Below are positions 62,616-64,000 of a stretch of DNA of 64,000 nt, in pieces. Position 1 is the stretch's first letter. Each line of letters opens with the position of its first letter. A program made the position numbers and the translations under genes. The notes under the pieces were generated by a model, which had not been told where the DNA came from, searched no databases, and saw only the letters and a program-made list of their open reading frames with translations. The stretch is from Fimbriiglobus sp. (GTDB lineage Bacteria; Planctomycetota; Planctomycetia; Gemmatales; Gemmataceae). The DNA is taken from the NCBI GenBank assembly GCA_043745465.1, contig JAYTSV010000207.1, forward strand, positions 16,983 through 80,982, written 5' to 3'.

Positions 62616-64000
62616 GTGTTCGACCTCCTCTTCCGCACCGGCCTCGTCGTCGACGGTTCCGGCACCCCCGGCGTCCGCGCGGACGTGGGCGTGACCGGCG
62701 ACCGCGTCGCCGCCGTCGGCGACCTGGCCGGGGCGGCCGCGCGGGAAACCCTCGACTGCACGGGCCTGGTCGTGTCGCCGGGGTTCATCGATGCCCACGT
62801 CCACGGCGACCTGCCACTGCTCACCGACGGCGCGTTCGAGGCGGGCGTCCGGCAGGGCGTGACGACGCTGATCGTCGGCCAGGACGGCGTCGCCTTCGCG
62901 CCGGGCACGCCGGACGTGCTCGCCTTCATGCACGACACGACCGCCGGGTTCAACGGCCGCGTCCCGCCGGGCACCTTCACCTGGCACGATGTCGGCGGCT
63001 ACTTGAAGCGGCTCGACGGGGCGAGTGCGGTGAACGCGGCGGTGCTCATCCCGAACGGCAACGTCCGCATGACGGCGATGGGCCTTGCCGACCGCCGCGC
63101 CACGCCGGCCGAGTTGGCGACGATGCGCCGGATCGTCCGCGAGAACATGGAGCAAGGGGCGGTCGGCCTGTCGAGCGGCCTCGACTACGTACCGAGCCTG
63201 TACGCCGACGAGGACGAGTTGGCGGCGCTGTGCGAAGAGATCGCGCCTTACGGCGGCGTCTACGTCACCCACATGCGCGGCTACAGCCCGGCGCGCTTCG
63301 AGTTGGGCATGACCGAGGCGCTGAACGTCGGCCGCCGCGCCAAGTGCGCCGTCCACATCTCGCACTTCAACGTGATCGCCGCGCAAGGAATCGCCGCCGT
63401 GGACGCGGCCGTGGCCGAGGGGCTGGACGTGACCTTCGACCTGTACCCGTACCTGTACGGCAGCACGACCCTGGCGATGCTCACACTGCCGGTGGCCCTG
63501 TTTGCCGGCGGCGTCGATGCCACCCTGGCGCGGCTGGAAGACCCCGGCGTGCGGCGCGCCCTCGACGCCGAGTTCGCCGCGCCGCGCTTCCCGCTGGAGA
63601 CGATCCGCTTCACCAACCTGCCGCACCCGGACTGGCAACACTTCGAGGGCCGCCTACTCACCGACGTTGCGAGTGACGTGCAGTTGTCACCGGCCGAGTT
63701 CGTCCGGCAAGCCCTGATCGCCACGCGCCTACAAGCCGGCTGCGTCGTGCGGCACTTCGCCGAGCGGCAGGACTCGGACATCGCGGCGCTGATGAACCAC
63801 CCGGCAATGACGGCCGGGAGCGACGGCATTTATTGCGGCGGCAACCCGCACCCGCGCGGCACCGGCTGTTTTGCGAAGTACGTCGGCGATCTCGTGCGCA
63901 ACGGCACCTGGCCGCTCGAAACCGCCGTCCGCCGTTGCGCCTTCGCCCCGGCCCGCCGGCACGGCCTCAACGATCGCGGCCTGCTCGCCCCGGGGATGGC
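62616..64000 (+). CDS. N-acyl-D-amino-acid deacylase (amidohydrolase), runs off the right edge
   Basis: Not in the ORF track. From GTG 62616: MFDLLFRTGLVVDGSG...ADVGV.GDR....PGFIDAHVHGD, GVTTLIVGQDG, GLSSGLDYVP, GSDG..NPHPR..GCF. Confidence 0.92.
   Translation, partial: MFDLLFRTGLVVDGSGTPGVRADVGVTGDRVAAVGDLAGAAARETLDCTGLVVSPGFIDAHVHGDLPLLTDGAFEAGVRQGVTTLIVGQDGVAFAPGTPDVLAFMHDTTAGFNGRVPPGTFTWHDVGGYLKRLDGASAVNAAVLIPNGNVRMTAMGLADRRATPAELATMRRIVRENMEQGAVGLSSGLDYVPSLYADEDELAALCEEIAPYGGVYVTHMRGYSPARFELGMTEALNVGRRAKCAVHISHFNVIAAQGIAAVDAAVAEGLDVTFDLYPYLYGSTTLAMLTLPVALFAGGVDATLARLEDPGVRRALDAEFAAPRFPLETIRFTNLPHPDWQHFEGRLLTDVASDVQLSPAEFVRQALIATRLQAGCVVRHFAERQDSDIAALMNHPAMTAGSDGIYCGGNPHPRGTGCFAKYVGDLVRNGTWPLETAVRRCAFAPARRHGLNDRGLLAPGM

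Overview
GC-rich bacterial DNA, probably from a Gemmataceae planctomycete (inferred from TIGR02996-type and TIGR03067-type domains and LE(x)LEDR-like secretion motifs). The left ~49.8 kb is an integrative element anchored at the 3' end of a tRNA-Gln(UUG) gene (49787-49857, minus); I did not find its left end in the window. Its backbone has a tyrosine integrase and excisionase, a VirD4-like coupling protein, ParB, a MOBF relaxase-helicase and a plasmid-type replicon (parA, RHH gene, repA, then iterons, an AT-rich segment and a DnaA box). No mating-pair-formation or phage structural genes are visible. The cargo is conflict-related: a nuclease-STAND (Avs-like) protein, a SIR2 protein with a degenerate STAND module, a split HTH/NB-ARC/TPR NLR-like locus, a HEPN-like protein, VapBC, two TIGR02996-LRR proteins and a >1500-aa Ala-rich secreted protein. 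The standout is a two-gene operon (27091-29434, minus). It encodes an unknown 278-aa protein with weak ADP-ribosyltransferase-like motifs, followed by a 496-aa protein in which a ~250-aa unknown helical domain is fused in frame to an essentially complete ribosomal protein uL4, with no S10-operon neighbours. Smaller structural finds are a 101-bp MITE with a TAA target duplication that splits a WGR gene, an ISAs1 with a 10-bp target duplication, two arrays of 4-bp periodicity, and a ~0.9-kb two-gene islet flanked by a 37-bp direct repeat. Right of the tRNA is mostly ordinary chromosome (metH, ABC ATPase, DAACS symporter, D-aminoacylase). All family assignments come from motifs read by eye; no searches were run.
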